Below, piece after piece: positions 26,801 through 41,300 of a stretch of DNA of 64,000 nucleotides. The DNA comes from Centroscyllium fabricii. Taxonomy: Eukaryota. The stretch spans positions 1,054,001 to 1,118,000 of the forward strand of contig JBNRSN020000118.1 in the NCBI GenBank assembly GCA_051313645.2, read 5' to 3'. A program made the position numbers and the translations under genes. Under the pieces are notes generated by a model. The model did not search any database. It was not told the DNA's origin and was given only the letters and a program-made list of their open reading frames with translations. Numbering within the stretch: the first letter of the stretch is position 1; every line of letters begins with the position of its first letter.

Positions 26801-29800
26801 TTGTTGTGGTGCACACTGTACAGATGTTCATCATGTTGTGGTGCACACCGTACAAATGTTCATCTTATTGTGTTGCACACTGTACAGATGTTCATCTTGT
26901 TGTGGTGCACACTGTACAGATGTTCGACATGTTGTGGTGCACACTGTAGAGATGTTCAACATGTTGTGGTGCACACTGTACAGATGTTCATCATGTTGTG
27001 GTGCACACTGTACAGATGTTCATCATGTTGTGATGCACATTGTACAGATGTTCATCATGTTGTGGTGCACACTGTACAGATGTTCATCATGTTGTGGTGC
27101 ACACTGTACAGATGTCCATCATGTTGTGGTGCACAATGTACAGATGTTCATTTTGTTGTGGTGCACACTGTACAGATGTTCATCATGTTGTGGTGCACAC
27201 TGTACAGATGTTCGTCATGTTGTGGTGCACACTGTACAGATGTTCAACATGTTGTGGTGCACACTGTACAGATGTTCATCATGTTGTGGTGCACACTGTA
27301 CAGATGTTCATCATGTTGTGGTGCACAATGTACAGATGTTCATCTTGTTGTGGTGCACTCTGTACAGATGTTCATCATGTTGTGGTGCACATTGTACAGA
27401 TGTTCATCATGTTGTGGTGCACACTGTACATATGTTCATCATGTTGTGGTGCACACTGTACAGATGTTCATCATGTTGTGGTGCACACTGTACAGATGTT
27501 CATCTTGTTGTGGTGCACAATGTACAGATGTTCATCATGTTGTGGTGCACACTGTACAGATGTTCATCATGTTGTGGTGCACACTTTACAGATGTTCATC
27601 ATGTTGTGGTGCACACTGTACAGATGTTCATCATGTTGTAGTGCACACTGTACAAATGTTCATCTTATTGTGCTGCACACTGTACAGACGTTCATCTTGT
27701 TGTGGTGCACATTGTACAGATGTTCATCATGTTGTGGTGCACACTGTTCAGATGTTCATCTTGTTGTGGTGCACACTTTACAGATGTTCATCATGTTGTG
27801 GAGCACAATGTACAGATGTTCATCATGTTGTTGTGCACAATTTAGAGATGTTCATCATGTTGTGGTGCACACTGTAGAGATGTTCATCTTGTTGTGGTGC
27901 ACACTGTACAGATGTTCATCTTGTTGTGTTGCACACTGTACAGATGTTCATCTTGTTGTGCTGCACACTGTACAGATGTTCATCATGTTGTGGTGCACAT
28001 TTTACAGATATTCATCTTGTTGTGGTTCACATTGTAGAGATGTTCACCACGTTGTGGTGCACACTGTACAGATGTTCATCTTGTTGTGGTGCACACTGTA
28101 CAAATGTTCATCATGTTGTAGTGCACACTGTGCAGATGTTCATCTTTTGTGGTGCACACTGTACAGATGTTCATCTTGTTGTGGTGCACATTGTACAGAT
28201 GTTCATCATGTTGTGGTGCATACTGTACAGATGTACATCTTTTTGTGGTGCACACTGTACAGATGTTCATCATGTTGTGGTGCACACTTTACAGATGTTC
28301 ATCATGCTGTTGTGCACACTGTACAGATGTTCATCATGTTGTGGTGCACACTGTACTGATGTTCATCATGTTGTGGTGCACACTGTACAGATGTACATCA
28401 TGTTGTGGTGCACACCGTACAAATGTTCATCTTATTGTGTTGCACACTGTACAGATGTTCATCTTGTTGTGGTGCACACTGTACAGATGTTCGACATGTT
28501 GTGGTGCACACTGTAGAGATGTTCAACATGTTGTGGTGCACACTGTACAGATGTTCATCATGTTGTGGTGCACACTGTACAGATGTTCATCATGTTGTGA
28601 TGCACATTGTACAGATGTTCATCATGTTGTGGTGCACACTGTACAGATGTTCATCATGTTGTGGTGCACACTGTGCAGATGTTCATCTTGTTGTGGTGCA
28701 CACTGTACAGATGTTCATCTTGTTGTGCTGCACATTGTACAGATGTTCATCATGTTGTGTTGCACAATGTACAGATGTTCATCTTGTTGTGGTGCACAAT
28801 GTACAGATGTTCATCTTGTTGTGGTGCACACTGTACAGATGTTCATCATGTTGTGGTGCACACCGTACAGATGTTCATCATGTTGTGGTGCACACTGTAC
28901 AGATGTTCATCATGTTGTGGTGCACACTGTACAGATGTTCATCATGTTGTGGTGCACACCGTACAAATGTTCATCTTATTGTGTTGCACACTGTACAGAT
29001 GTTCATCTTGTTGTGGTGCACACTGTACAGATGTTCGACATGTTGTGGTGCACACTGTAGAGATGTTCAACATGTTGTGGTGCACACTGTACAGATGTTC
29101 ATCATGTTGTGGTGCACACTGTACAGATGTTCATCATGTTGTGATGCACATTGTACAGATGTTCATCATGTTGTGGTGCACACTGTACAGATGTTCATCA
29201 TGTTGTGGTGCACACTGTACAGATGTTCATCATGTTGTGGTGCACAATGTACAGATGTTCATCATGTTGTAGTGCACACTGTACAGATGTTCATCTTGTT
29301 GTGGTGCACACTGTACAGATGTTCATCATGTTGTGGTGCACACCGTACAGATGTTCATCTTATTGTGTTGCACACTGTACAGATGTTCATCTTGTTGTGG
29401 TGCACACTGTACAGATGTTCGACATGTTGTGGTGCACACTGTAGAGATGTTCAACATGTTGTGGTGCACACTGTACAGATGTTCATCATGTTGTGGTGCA
29501 CACTGTACAGATGTTCATCAAGTTGTGATGCACATTGTACAGATGTTCATCATGTTGTGGTGCACACTGTACAGATGTTCATCATGTTGTGGTGCACACT
29601 GTACAGATGTTCATCATGTTGTGGTGCACAATGTACAGATGTTCATTTTGTTGTGGTGCACACTGTACAGATGTTCATCATGTTGTGGTGCACACTGTAC
29701 AGATGTTCATCATGTTGTGGTGCACACTGTACAGATGTTCAACATGTTGTGGTGCACACTGTACAGATGTTCATCATGTTGTGGTGCACACTGTACAGAT

Positions 29801-32800
29801 GTTCATCATGTTGTGGTGCACAATGTACAGATGTTCATCTTGTTGTGGTGCACTCTGTACAGATGTTCATCATGTTGTGGTGCACATTGTACAGATGTTC
29901 ATCATGTTGTGGTGCACACTGTACATATGTTCATCATGTTGTGGTGCACACTGTACAGATGTTCATCATGTTGTGGTGCACACTGTACAGATGTTCATCT
30001 TGTTGTGGTGCACAATGTACAGATGTTCATCATGTTGTGGTGCACACTGTACAGATGTTCATCATGTTGTGGTGCACACTTTACAGATGTTCATCATGTT
30101 GTGGTGCACACTGTACAGATGTTCATCATGTTGTGGTGCACACTGTACAAATGTTCATCTTATTGTGCTGCACACTGTACAGACGTTCATCTTGTTGTGG
30201 TGCACATTGTACAGATGTTCATCATGTTGTGGTGCACACTGTTCAGATGTTCATCTTGTTGTGGTGCACACTTTACAGATGTTCATCATGTTGTGGAGCA
30301 CAATGTACAGATGTTCATCATGTTGTTGTGCACAATTTAGAGATGTTCATCATGTTGTGGTGCACACTGTACAGATGTTCATCTTGTTGTGGTGCACACT
30401 GTACAGATGTTCATCTTGTTGTGTTGCACACTGTACAGATGTTCATCTTGTTGTGCTGCACACTGTACAGATGTTCATCATGTTGTGGTGCACATTTTAC
30501 AGATGTTCATCTTGTTGTGGTGCACATTGTAGAGATGTTCACCACGTTGTGGTGCACATTGTACAGATGTTCATCTTGTTGTGGTGCACACTGTACAGAT
30601 GTTCATCATGTTGTAGTGCACACTGTGCAGATGCTCATCTTGTTGTGGTGCACACTGTACAGATGTTCATCTTGTTGTGGTGCACATTGTACAGATGTTC
30701 ATCATGTTGTGGTGCATACTGTACAGATGTACATCTTTTTGTGGTGCACACTGTACAGATGTTCATCATGTTGTGGTGCACACTTTACAGATGTTCATCA
30801 TGCTGTTGTGCACACTGTACAGATGTTCATCATGTTGTGGTGCACACTGTACAGATGTTCATCATGTTGTGGTGCAAACTGTACAGATGTTCATCATGTT
30901 GTGGTGCACACCGTACAAATGTTCATCTTATTGTGTTGCACACTGTACAGATGTTCATCTTGTTGTGGTGCACACTGTACAGATGTTCGACATGTTGTGG
31001 TGCACACTGTAGAGATGTTCAACATGTTGTGGTGCACACTGTACAGATGTTCATCATGTTGTGGTGCACACTGTACAGATGTTCATCATGTTGTGATGCA
31101 CATTGTACAGATGTTCATCATGTTGTGGTGCACAATGTACAGATGTTCATCATGTTGTGGTGCACACTGTGCAGATGTTCATCTTGTTGTGGTGCACACT
31201 GTACAGATGTTCATCTTGTTGTGGTGCACATTGTACAGATGTTCATCATGTTGTGTTGCACAATGTACAGATGTTCATCTTGTTGTGGTGCACAATGTAC
31301 AGATGTTCATCTTGTTGTGGTGCACACTGTACAGATGTTCATCATGTTCTGGTGCACACCGTACAGATGTTCATCATGTTGTGGTGCACACTGTACAGAT
31401 GTTCATCATGTTGTGGTGCACACTGTACAGATGTTCATCATGTTGTGGTGCACACCGTACAAATGTTCATCTTATTGTGTTGCACACTGTACAGATGTTC
31501 ATCTTGTTGAGGTGCACACTGTACAGATGTTCGACATGTTGTGGTGCACACTGTAGAGATGTTCAACATGTTGTGGTGCACACTGTACAGATGTTCATCA
31601 TGTTGTGGTGCACACTGTACAGATGTTCATCATGTTGTGATGCACATTGTACAGATGTTCATCATGTTGTGGTGCACACTGTACAGATGTTCATCATGTT
31701 GTGGTGCACACTGTACAGATGTTCATCATGTTGTGGTGCACAATGTACAGATTTTCATCTTGTTGTGGTGCACACTGTACAGATGTTCATCATGTTGTGG
31801 TGCACACTGTACAGATGTACATCATGTGGTGGTGCACACTGTACAGATGTTCATCATGTTGTGGTGCACACTGTACAGATGTTCATCATGTTGTGGTGCA
31901 CAATGTACAGATGTTCATCTTGTTGTGGTGCACACTGTACAGATGTTCATCATGTTGTGGTGCACATTGTACAGATGTTCATCATGTTGTGGTGCACACT
32001 GTACATATGTTCATCATGTTGTGGTGCACACTGTACAGATGTTCATCATGTTGTGGTGCACACTGTACAGATGTTCATCTTGTTGTGGTGCACAATGTAC
32101 AGATGTTCATCATGTTGTGGTGCACACTGTACAGATGTTCATCATGTTGTGGTGCACACTTTACAGATGTTCATCATGTTGTGGTGCACACTGTACAGAT
32201 GTTCATCATGTTGTGGTGCACACTGTACAAATGTTCATCTTATTGTGTTGCACACTGTACAGACGTTCATCCTGTTGTGGTGCACATTGTACAGATGTTC
32301 ATCATGTTGTGGTGCACACTGTTCAGATGTTCATCTTGTTGTGGTGCACACTTTACAGATGTTCATCATGTTGTGGAGCACAATGTACAGATGTTCATCA
32401 TGTTGTTGTGCACAATTTAGAGATGTTCATCATGTTGTGGTGCACACTGTACAGATGTTCATCTTGTTGTGGTGCACACTGTACAGATGTTCATCTTGTT
32501 GTGTTGCGCACTGTACAGATGTTCATCTTGTTGTGCTGCACACTGTAGAGATGTTCATCATGTTGTGGTGCACATTTTACAGATGTTCATCTTGTTGTGG
32601 TGCACATTGTAGAGATGTTCACCACGTTGTGGTGCACACTGTACAGATGTTCATCTTGTTGTGGTGCACACTGTGCAGATGTTCATCATGTTGTAGTGCA
32701 CACTGTGCAGATGTTCATCTTGTTGTGGTGCACACTGTACAGATGTCCATCTTGTTGTGGTGCACATTGTACAGATGTTCATCATGTTGTGGTGCATACT

Positions 32801-35800
32801 GTACAGATGTACATCTTGTTGTGGTGCACACTGTACAGATGTTCATCATGTTGTGGTGCACACTTTACAGATGTTCATCATGCTGTTGTGCACACTGTAC
32901 AGATGCTCATGTTGTTGTGGTGCAAACTGTACAGATGTTCATCATGTTGTGGTACACACTGTACAGATGTTGATCATGTTGTGGAGCACACTGTACATAT
33001 GTTCATCTTGTTGTGTTGCACACTGTACAGATGTTCATCTTGTAGTGGTGCACACTGTACAGATGTTCATCATGTTGTGGTGCACATTGTACAGATGTTC
33101 AGCATGTTGTGGTGCACACTGTACAGATGTTCATCTTGTTGTGGTGCAAACTGTACAGATGTTCATCATGTTGTGGTACACACTGTACAGATGTTGATCA
33201 TGTTGTGGAGCACACTGTACAGATGTTCATCTTGTTGTGTTGCACACTGTACAGATGTTCATCTTGTAGTGGTGCACACTGTACAGATGTTGATCATGTT
33301 GTGGAGCACACTGTACAGATGTTCATCTTGTGTTGCACACTGTACAGATGTTCATCTTGTTGTGGTGCACACTGTACAGATGTTCATCATGTTGTAGTGC
33401 ACACTGTACAGATGTTCATCTTGTTGTGGTGCACATTGTACAGATGTTCAGCATGTTGTGGTGCACACTGTACATATGTTCATCTTGCTATGGTGCACAC
33501 TGTACAGATATTCATCATGTTGTAGTGCACACTGTGCGGATGTTCATCTTGTTGTGGTGCACAATGTACAGGTGTTCATCATGTTGTGGTGCACATTGTA
33601 CAGATGTTCATCATGTTCTGGTGCACACTGTACAGATGTTCATCATATTGTGGTGCACACTGTACAGATGTTCATCATGTTGTGGTGCACAATGTACAGG
33701 TGTTCATCATGTTGTGGTGCACACTGTGCAGATGTTCATCATGTTGTGGTGCACACTGTTCAGATGTTCATCATGTTGTGGATCACAATGTACAGATGTT
33801 CATCAAGTTGTGGTGCACAATGTACAGATGTTAATCATGTTGTGGTGCACACTGTATAGATGTTCATCTTTTTGTGGTTCACACTGTACTGATGTTCGTC
33901 TTGTGGTGTTGCACGCTGTACAGATGTTCATCTTTTTGTGGTGCACACTGTACAGATGTTCATCATGTTGTGGTGCACATTGTACAGATGTTCATCTTGT
34001 TGTGGTGCACATTGTGCAGATGTTCACCATGTTATGGTGCACACTGTACAGATGTTCATCTTGTTGTGGTGCACACTGTACAGATGTTCATCATGTTGTA
34101 GTGCACACTGTGCAGATGTTCATCTTGTTGTGGTGCACACTGTACAGATGTTCATCTTGTTGTGGTGCACATTGTACAGATGTACATCATGTTGTGGTGC
34201 ATACTGTACAGACGTACATCTTGTTGTGGTGCACACTGTACAGATGTTCATCATGTTGTGGAGCACACTTTACAGATGTTCATCATGTTGTGGGGCACAC
34301 TGTACAGATGTTCATCTTGTTGTGGTGCACACTGTACAGATGTTCATCATGTTGTGGTGCACACTGTGCAGATGACCATCATGATGTGGTGCACACTGTA
34401 CAGATGTTCACCTTTTGTGGTGCACACTGTACAGATGCTCATCTTGTTGTGGTGCAAACTGTACAGATGTTCATCATGTTGTGGTAGACACTGTACAGAT
34501 GTTCATCATGTTGTGGTGCACACTGTACAGATGTTCATCTTGTGGTGCATACTGTACAGATGTTCATCATGTTGTAATGCACACTGTACAGATGTTCATC
34601 TTGTTGTGGTGCACACTGTACAGATGTTCATCTTGTTGTGGTGCACACTGTACAGATGTTCATCATGTTTTGGTGCACATTGTACAGATGTATATCTTGT
34701 TGTCGTGCACACTGTACAGATGTTCATCATGCTGTGGTGCACACTGTACATATGTTCATCATGTTGTGGTGCACACTGTACAGATGTTCAACATGTGGTG
34801 GTGCACACTGTACAGATGTTCATCATGTTGTGGTGCACACTGTACAGATGTTCATCATGTTGTGTTGCACAATGTACAGATGTTCATCTTGTTGTGGTGC
34901 ACAATGTACAGATGTTCATCATGTTGTGGTGCACATTGTACAGATGTTCATCATGTTGTGGTGCACACTGTACAGATGTTCATCATGTTGTGGTGGACAC
35001 TGTACAGATGTTCATCATGTTGTGGTGCACACTGTACAGATGTTCGTCTTGTTGTGGTGCACACTGTACAGATGTTCATCATGTTGTGGTGCACACGGTA
35101 CAGATGTTCATCATGTTGTGGTGCACACTGTACAGATGTTCATCATGTTGTGGTGCACACTGTACAGATGTTCATCATGTTGTGGTGCACACCGTACAAA
35201 TGTTCATCTTATTGTGTTGCACACTGTACAGATGTTCATCTTGTTGTGGTGCACACTGTACAGATGTTCGACATGTTGTCGTGCACACTGTAGTGATGTT
35301 CAACATGTTGTGGTGCACACTGTACAGATGTTCATCATGTTGTTGTGCACACTGTACAGATGTTCATCATGTTGTGATGCACATTGTACAGATGTTCATC
35401 ATGTTGTGGTGCACACTGTACAGATGTTCATCATGTTGTGGTGCACACTGTGCAGATGTTCATCTTGTTGTGGTGCACACTGTACAGATGTTCATCTTGT
35501 TGTGGTGCACATTGTACAGATGTTCATCATGTTGTGTTGCACAATGTACAGATGTTCATCTTGTTGTGGTGCACAATGTACAGATGTTCATCTTGTTGTG
35601 GTGCACACTGTACAGATGTTCATCATGTTGTGGTGAACACCGTACAGATGTTCATCATGTTGTGGTGCACACTGTACAGATGTTCATCATGTTGTGGTGC
35701 ACACTGTACAGATGTTCATCATGTTGTGGTGCACACCGTACAAATGTTCATCTTATTGTGTTGCACACTGCACAGATGTTCATCTTGTTGTGGTGCACAC

Positions 35801-38800
35801 TGTACAGATGTTCGACATGTTGTGGTGCACACTGTAGAGATGTTCAACATGTTGTGGTGCACACTGTACAGATGTTCATCATGTTGTGGTGCACACTGTA
35901 CAGATGTTCATCATGTTGTGATGCACATTGTACAGATGTTCATCATGTTGTGGTGCACACTGTACAGATGTTCATCATGTTGTGGTGCACACTGTACAGA
36001 TGTTCATCATGTTGTGGTGCACAATGTACAGATGTTCATCTTGTTGTGGTGCACACTGTACAGATGTTCATCATGTTGTGGTGCACACTGTACAGATGTT
36101 CATCATGTGGTGGTGCACACTGTACAGATGTTCATCATGTTGTGGTGCACACTGTACATATGTTCATCATGTTGTGGTGCACACTGTACAGATGTTCATC
36201 ATGTTGTGGTGCACACTGTACAGATGTTCATCTTGTTGTGGTGCACAATGTACAGATGTTCATCATGTTGTGGTGCACACTGTACAGATGTTCATCATGT
36301 TGTGGTGCACACTTTACAGATGTTCATCATGTTGTGGTGCACACTGTACAGATGTTCATCATGTTGTGGTGCACACTGTACAAATGTTCATCTTATTGTG
36401 CTGCACACTGTACAGACGTTCATCTTGTTGTGGTGCACATTGTACAGATGTTCATCATGTTGTGGTGCACACTGTTCAGATGTTCATCTTGTTGTGGTGC
36501 ACACTTTACAGATGTTCATCATGTTGTGGAGCACAAGCTACAGATGTTCATCATGTTGTTGTGCACAATTTAGAGATGTTCATCATGTTGTGGTGCACAC
36601 TGTACAGATGTTCATCTTGTTGTGGTGCACACTGTACAGATGTTCATCTTGTTGTGTTGCACACTGTACAGATGTTCATCTTGTTGTGCTGCACACTGTA
36701 CAGATGTTCATCATGTTGTGGTGCACATTTTACAGATGTTCATCTTGTTGTGGTGCACATTGTAGAGATGTTCACCACGTTGTGGTGCACCCTGTACAGA
36801 TGTTCATCTTGTTGTGGTGCACACTGTACAGATGTTCATCATGTTGTAGTGCACACTGTGCAGATGTTCATCTTGTTGTGGTGCACACTGTACAGATGTT
36901 CATCTTGTTGTGGTGCACATTGTACAGATGTTCCTCATGTTGTGGTGCATACTGTACAGATGTACATCCTTTTGTGGTGCACACTGTACAGATGTTCATC
37001 ATGTTGTGGTGCACACTTTACAGATGTTCATCATGCTGTTGTGCACACTGTACAGATGTTCATCATGTTGTGGTGCACACTGTACAGATGTTCATCATGT
37101 TGTGGTGCACACTGCACAGATGTTCATCATGTTGTGGTGCACACCGTACAAATGTTCATCTTATTGTGTTGCACACTGTACAGATGTTCATCTTGTTGTG
37201 GTGCACACTGTACAGATGTTCGACATGTTGTGGTGCACACTGTAGAGATGTTCAACATGTTGTGGTGCACACTGTACAGATGTTCATCATGTTGTGGTGC
37301 ACACTGTACAGATGTTCATCATGTTGTGATGCACATTGTACAGATGTTCATCATGTTGTGGTGCACACTGTACAGATGTTCATCATGTTGTGGTGCACAC
37401 TGTGCAGATGTTCATCTTGTTGTGGTGCACACTGTACAGATGTTCATCTTGTTGTGGTGCACATTGTACAGATGTTCATCATGTTGTGTTGCACAATGTA
37501 CAGATGTTCATCTTGTTGTGGTGCACAATGTACAGATGTTCATCTTGTTGTGGTGCACACTGTACAGATGTTCATCATGTTGTGGTGCACACCGTACAGA
37601 TGTTCATCATGTTGTGGTGCACACTGTACAGATGTTCATCATGTTGTGGTGCACACTGTACAGATGTTCATCATGTTGTGGTGCACACCGTACAAATGTT
37701 CATCTTATTGTGTTGCACACTGTACAGATGTTCATCTTGTTGTGGTGCACACTGTACAGATGTTCGACATGTTGTGGTGCACACTGTAGAGATGTTCAAC
37801 ATGTTGTGCTGCACACTGTACAGATGTTCACCATGTAGTGGTGCACACTGTACAGATGTTCATCATGTTGTGATGCACATTGTACAGATGTTCATCATGT
37901 TGTGGTGCACACTGTACAGATGTTCATCATGTTGTGGTGCACACTGTACAGATGTTCATCATGTTGTGGTGCACAATGTACAGATGTTCATCTTGTTGTG
38001 GTGCACACTGTACAGATGTTCATCATGTTGTGGTGCACACTGTACAGATGTTCATCATGTGGTGGTGCACACTGTACAGATGTTCATCATGTTGTGGTGC
38101 ACACTGTACAGATGTTCATCATGTTGTGGTGCACAATGTACAGATGTTCATCTTGTTGTGGTGCACACTGTACAGATGTTCATCATGTTGTGGTGCACAT
38201 TGTACAGATGTTCATCATGTTGTGGTGCACACTGTACATATGTTCATCATGTTGTGGTGCACACTGTACAGATGTTCATCATGGTGTGGTGCACACTGTA
38301 CAGATGTTCATCTTGTTGTGGTGCACAATGTACAGATGTTCATCATGTTGTGGTGCACACTGTACAGATGTTCATCATGTTGTGGTGCACACTTTACAGA
38401 TGTTCATCATGTTGTGGTGCACACTGTACAGATGTTCATCATGTTGTGGTGCACACTGTACAAATGTTCATCTTATTGTGTTGCACACTGTACAGACGTT
38501 CATCCTGTTGTGGTGCACGTTGTACAGATGTTCATCATGTTGTGGTGCACACTGTTCAGATGTTCATCTTGTTGTGGTGCACACTTTACAGATGTTCATC
38601 ATGTTGTGGAGCACAATGTACAGATGTTCATCATGTTGTTGTGCACAATTTAGAGATGTTCATCATGTTGTGGTGCACACTGTACAGATGTTCATCTTGT
38701 TGTGGTGCACACTGTACAGATGTTCATCTTGTTGTGTTGCACACTGTACAGATGTTCATCTTGTTGTGCTGCACACTGTAGAGATGTTCATCATGTTGTG

Positions 38801-41300
38801 GTGCACATTTTACAGATGTTCATCTTGTTGTGGTGCACATTGTAGAGATGTTCACCACGTTGTGGTGCACACTGTACAGATGTTCATCTTGTTGTGGTGC
38901 ACACTGTACAGATGTTCATCATGTTGTAGTGCACACTGTGCAGATGTTCATCCTGTTGTGGTGCACACTGTACAGATGTCCATCTTGTTGTGGTGCACAT
39001 TGTACAGATGTTCATCATGTTGTGGTGCATACTGTACAGATGTACATCTTGTTGTGGTGCACACTGTACAGATGTTCATCATGTTGTGGTGCACACTTTA
39101 CAGATGTTCATCATGCTGTTGTGCACACTGTACAGATGCTCATCTTGTTGTGGTGCAAACTGTACAGATGTTCATCATGTTGTGGTACACACTGTACAGA
39201 TGTTGATCATGTTGTGGAGCACACTGTACAGATGTTCATCTTGTTGTGTTGCACTCTGTACAGATGTTCATCTTGTAGTGGTGCACACTGTACAGATGTT
39301 CATCATGTTGTGGTGCACATTGTACAGATGTTCATCTTGTTGTGGTGCACATTGTACAGATGTTCAGCATGTTGTGGTGCACACTGTACATATGTTCATC
39401 TTGCTATGGTGCACACTGTACAGATATTCATCAAGTTGTAGTGCACACTGTGCGGATGTTCACCTTGTTGTGGTGCACAATGTACAGGTGTTCATCATGT
39501 TGTGGAGCACATTGTACAGATGTTCATCATGTTCTGGTGCACACTGTACAGATGTTCATCATATTGTGGTGCACACTGTACAGATGTTCATCATGTTCTG
39601 GTGCACAATGTACAGGTGTTCATCATGTTGTGGTGCACACTGTGCAGATGTTCATCATGTTGTGGTGCACACTGTTCAGATGTTCATCATGTTGTGGATC
39701 ACAATGTACAGATGTTCATCAAGTTGTGGTGCACAATGTACAGATGTTAATCATGTTGTGGTGCACACTGTATAGATGTTCATCTTTTTGTGGTTCACAC
39801 TGTACTGATGTTCGTCTTGTGGTGTTGCACACTGTACAGATGTTCATCTTTTTGTGGTGCACACTGTACAGATGTTCATCATGTTGTGGTGCACATTGTA
39901 CAGATGTTCATCTTGTTGTGGTGCACATTGTGCAGATGTTCACCATGTTATGGTGCACACTGTACAGATGTTCATCTTGTTGTGGTGCACACTGTACAGA
40001 TGTTCATCATGTTGTAGTGCACACTTTGCAGATGTTCATCTTGTTGTGGTGCACACTGTACAGATGTTCATCTTGTTGTGGTGCACATTGTACAGATGTA
40101 CATCATGTTGTGGTGCATACTGTACAGATGTACATCTTGTTGTGGTGCACACTGTACAGATGTTCATCATGTTGTGGAGCACACTTTACAGATGTTCATC
40201 ATGTTGTGGGGCACACTGTACAGATGTTCATCTTGTTGTGGTGCACACTGTACAGATGTTCATCATGTTGTGGTGCACACTGTGCAGATGACCATCATGA
40301 TGTGGTGCACACTGTACAGATGTTCACCTTTTGTGGTGCACACTGTACAGATGCTCATCTTGTTGTGGTGCAAACTGTACAGATGTTCATCATGTTGTGG
40401 TACACACTGTACAGATGTTCATCATGTTGTTGTGCACACTGTACAGATGTTCATCTTGTGGTGCATACTGTACAGATGTTCATCATGTTGTAGTGCACAC
40501 TGTACAGATGTTCATCTTGTTGTGGTGCACACTGTACAGATGTTCATCTTGTTGTGGTGCACACTGTACAGATGTTCATCATGTTTTGGTGCACATTGTA
40601 CAGATGTATATCATGTTGTCGTGCACACTGTACAGATGTTCATCATGCTGTGGTGCACAATGTACATATGTTCATCATGTTGTGGTGCACACTGTACAGA
40701 TGTTCAACATGTGGTGGTGCACACTGTACAGATGTTCATCATGTTGTGGTGCACACTGTACAGATGTTCATCATGTTGTGTTGCACAATGTACAGATGTT
40801 CATCTTGTTGTGGTGCACAATGTACAGATGTTCATCATGTTGTGGTGCACATTGTACAGATGTTCATCATGTTGTGGTGCACACTGTACAGATGTTCATC
40901 ATGTTGTGGTGCACACTGTACAGATGTTCATCATGTTGTGGTGCACACTGTACAGATGTTCGTCTTGTTGTGGTGCACACTGTACAGATGTTCATCATGT
41001 TGTGGTGCACACTGTACAGATGTTCATCATGTTGTGGTGCACACTGTACAGATGTTCATCATGTTGTGGTGCACACTGTACAGATGTTCATCATGTTGTG
41101 GTGCAAACCGTACAAATGTTCATCTTATTGTGTTGCACACTGTACAGATGTTCATCTTGTTGTGGTGCACACTGTACAGATGTTCGACATGTTGTGGTGC
41201 ACACTGTAGAGATGTTCAACATGTTGTGGTGCACACTGTACAGATGTTCATCATGTTGTGGTACACACTGTACAGATGTTCATCATGTTGTGATGCACAT
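20900..41300. repeat. Higher-order repeat domain C: mosaic of nested duplications (offsets 2780, 3196, 2495/2496, 544, 384, 1952, 6233, 5916)
   Basis: Marker TTCGACATGTTGT...GTAG occurs at 20947, 23727, 26923, 28490, 29034, 29418, 30986, 31530, 35267, 35811, 37219, 37763 and 41183. ORF pairs: 22206/24986 (2780), 28607/31103 (2496), 32597/38830 (6233), 33874/39790 and 34162/40078 (5916). Confidence 0.85.
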
